NCBI RefSeq assembly: GCF_964188315.1
Contig: NC_135664.1
Coordinates: 25,110,001 to 25,174,000, forward strand
Origin: Podarcis muralis
Taxonomy: Eukaryota
Direction: 5' to 3'
DNA length: 64,000 nt
The first letter of the stretch is position 1. Every line of letters begins with the position of its first letter. This document shows positions 62,317 to 64,000 of this stretch, in pieces. A program made the translations under genes and the position numbers. The notes below the pieces were generated by a model, which worked only from the letters and a program-made list of their open reading frames with translations, was not told where the DNA came from and did not search any database.

Positions 62317-63120
62317 TGTAAGAAATCCGCTCCACTTCCCAGTGGGGAGGAGTTGCGGTGGACCGCGTGGCTACCCACTCCCCACTGGGGGTGGGAGACT
62401 TTGTCCCCTGTTGCCCAGCGGATCCCGGCCACGTCAGAGCCCAGCCAGCCAATCCGCTGGCTGGGGGCGTGGCGTGGCCGGGACAGTTTAAACTGAGGAG
62501 TGAGATGGAGGACTTCCTCTTGGCTTGCTTCCTCAATCACCCGCCCTCCCTCTCTCCCTATTTGTAGGTTAGGCAATGGCCTTGCTATGGACTTTTGTTG
62601 GTTGCTTTGGTTGTCCCAGGAGCCTGGTAGGAATATTTCCACTTGGCGAATTGGCACTGGCCACCTGGTTTTCACCTACCTCGTAGCAATCGCCACAACT
62701 TTGTTAGGGTTGTTAGGCATTGTTTGACCTTGTGTGTGGGGGGGGGGGTGAGGTGTGGCCATCACCTGCCCCTCCATGCTTAAGGGTATTCTATTAAAGG
62801 AATCCGGGGGTGTTGGTCTTCTCCGAAGCCCAGTCGGGGGCTAGGGCCATGACATGACCCCGACGGGAACACCAGGGGGAGCTCAAGTTGGTTCGCAACG
62901 ACAGGGCTCCCCTTCCCGGTGGTTTACCCTTCCCGGACTTCCTGCGCAGCGGGCAGGAGTCAGATATAGTCGGGTCCAATCAATGCCTAAGCCAATACTG
63001 CTCACATTCTGTAATTCAATAAAGCTGTGGCCAAATTTGCCCAATAACATAAACCTAATATCTGTGTCCTTGTGTGAGTTATTTTCCAACGAGGGGGTGG
63101 CTGCTGGGTCTCGGCACGCA
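62317..63120 (+). mobile_element. Solo LTR (ERV- or Gypsy-type), 804 bp
   Basis: TG...CA termini (TGTAAG...GCACGCA); 4-bp TSD AGAA at 62313-62316 and 63121-63124; CCAAT at 62449, GC box ~62464, TATA-like TTTAAA at 62487, AATAAA at 63018, GT-rich tract after it; CpG-rich; no internal retroviral genes. Confidence 0.85.
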
Positions 63121-63124
63121 AGAA

Positions 63125-63315
63125 CCACTGGCCCCATCTAGTCCATCTAGCCCCATCCTGCTCTCCCAGTGGCCGACTAGATACCTACGGGGTTCCTGCA
63201 AGCAGCACCTAAGTGCAACGCCGCTCTTCCCTCCTGTGGTTTCCAGCAGCTGGTATTTAGAGGGACATTGCCTCCAACAGTGGAGGTAGGACATAGCCTT
63301 CATGGTTAGTAGAAT
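63125..63315 (+). mobile_element. CR1-related remnant into which the LTR inserted
   Basis: ggccccatctagtcc...ctcccagtggcc...tggtttccagcagctggtatt; left remnant ataagaa precedes the LTR. Confidence 0.55.
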
Positions 63316-64000
63316 TTGTCCAGTTCTCTCTTGTTCTTAAGCCTTTCTCCTGGAAGGAATAAGGAATCCTTTTGTTGACCAGCTTGCATTCATTTCTTCA
63401 GGGTTTCTCCCTTCCCTGCCCCTCCACCACCTTTCTTCTACTCAGTTGGACTGTGTAGACCATATTTCACCTGTCACTTGTTTAGGAGCCTAAAGTGAAA
63501 CTGGATGACATTATTGCAAAGGAAATAATTTGTTCTTCCTGCAAATATCTGATTGGGAAAGGATTGGGTGATTCACTTTGGCCAGCTATAGGGGAAAACC
63601 CAATTTGCTTTGCTTTTGAAGTTTTTTTCAGGGTCAGTATTGTGAGTGCCACATTTGTTAACAAAGACCTCTTAAGGTTGCAGTCCTGTTCTTGATTACC
63701 TTGGATCAATCTACTGTAAACTCAGCAGGCTTTATGCCTGAACAGACTTGCATAGGATTGTACTATAATTTCTTTCAGACAAAATAGGTTTAGAAACTTA
63801 CCTGCTTAACCATAAGGTTAGCCTGTATAAACAATTCTGTTGTATGTGAAATTTCCTATGATTTCAGTTACATGTAACCAAAACTTTATTTTTGGCCTGC
63901 TTTAAAAAATAAAATAGAAAGAGGTCATTTTTACATGATTTAGGATTTTGTTTCTCTGCTGCATTTTTCAGTTGTGGAAACTGAACATCCTGTTTCTTCT

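Noticed and set aside
47444-64000. DOCK4 exon 9
   Set aside because: No segment encoding ERFFLRLNRNGLPK-like sequence was found; it presumably lies beyond the window.

Overview
Vertebrate genomic DNA, very likely a lacertid lizard (Podarcis/Lacerta/Zootoca type). The call rests on 11 Sauria SINEs, Bov-B LINE ends, Penelope-like ends and squamate hAT/Tc1 MITEs. The window lies inside one plus-strand gene, DOCK4 (Rac GEF). Positions 1-35962 are the 3' part of intron 1, followed by seven coding exons (exons 2-8 by human numbering; 84, 41, 56, 97, 149, 85 and 152 nt; all GT-AG and phase-compatible). These encode the SH3 domain and the following helical region. The rest is intron 8; exons 1 and 9 are not in the window. 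Almost all listed ORFs are non-coding noise or TE remnants. I found no prokaryote-style system, real tRNA/rRNA gene or CRISPR array, and no demonstrably new biological system. The best leads are cryptic isoform features of DOCK4, all inferred from sequence and untested: (1) a sense solo LTR in intron 8 offering an in-frame terminal exon that ends in a hydrophobic, tail-anchor-like segment plus a polyA signal; (2) a candidate alternative first exon at 32062-32182 with a possible N-myristoylation motif; (3) a phase-compatible exon pair at 11408-11628; (4) a perfect RFX X-box and two AG|GTAAG recursive-splice-like sites; (5) an 18-nt motif shared by the exon 5 and exon 8 acceptors; (6) inverted SINEs flanking exons 6-7, which would make a stop-free circle. 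Several nested or composite transposons with intact target-site duplications (TSDs) are also resolved.
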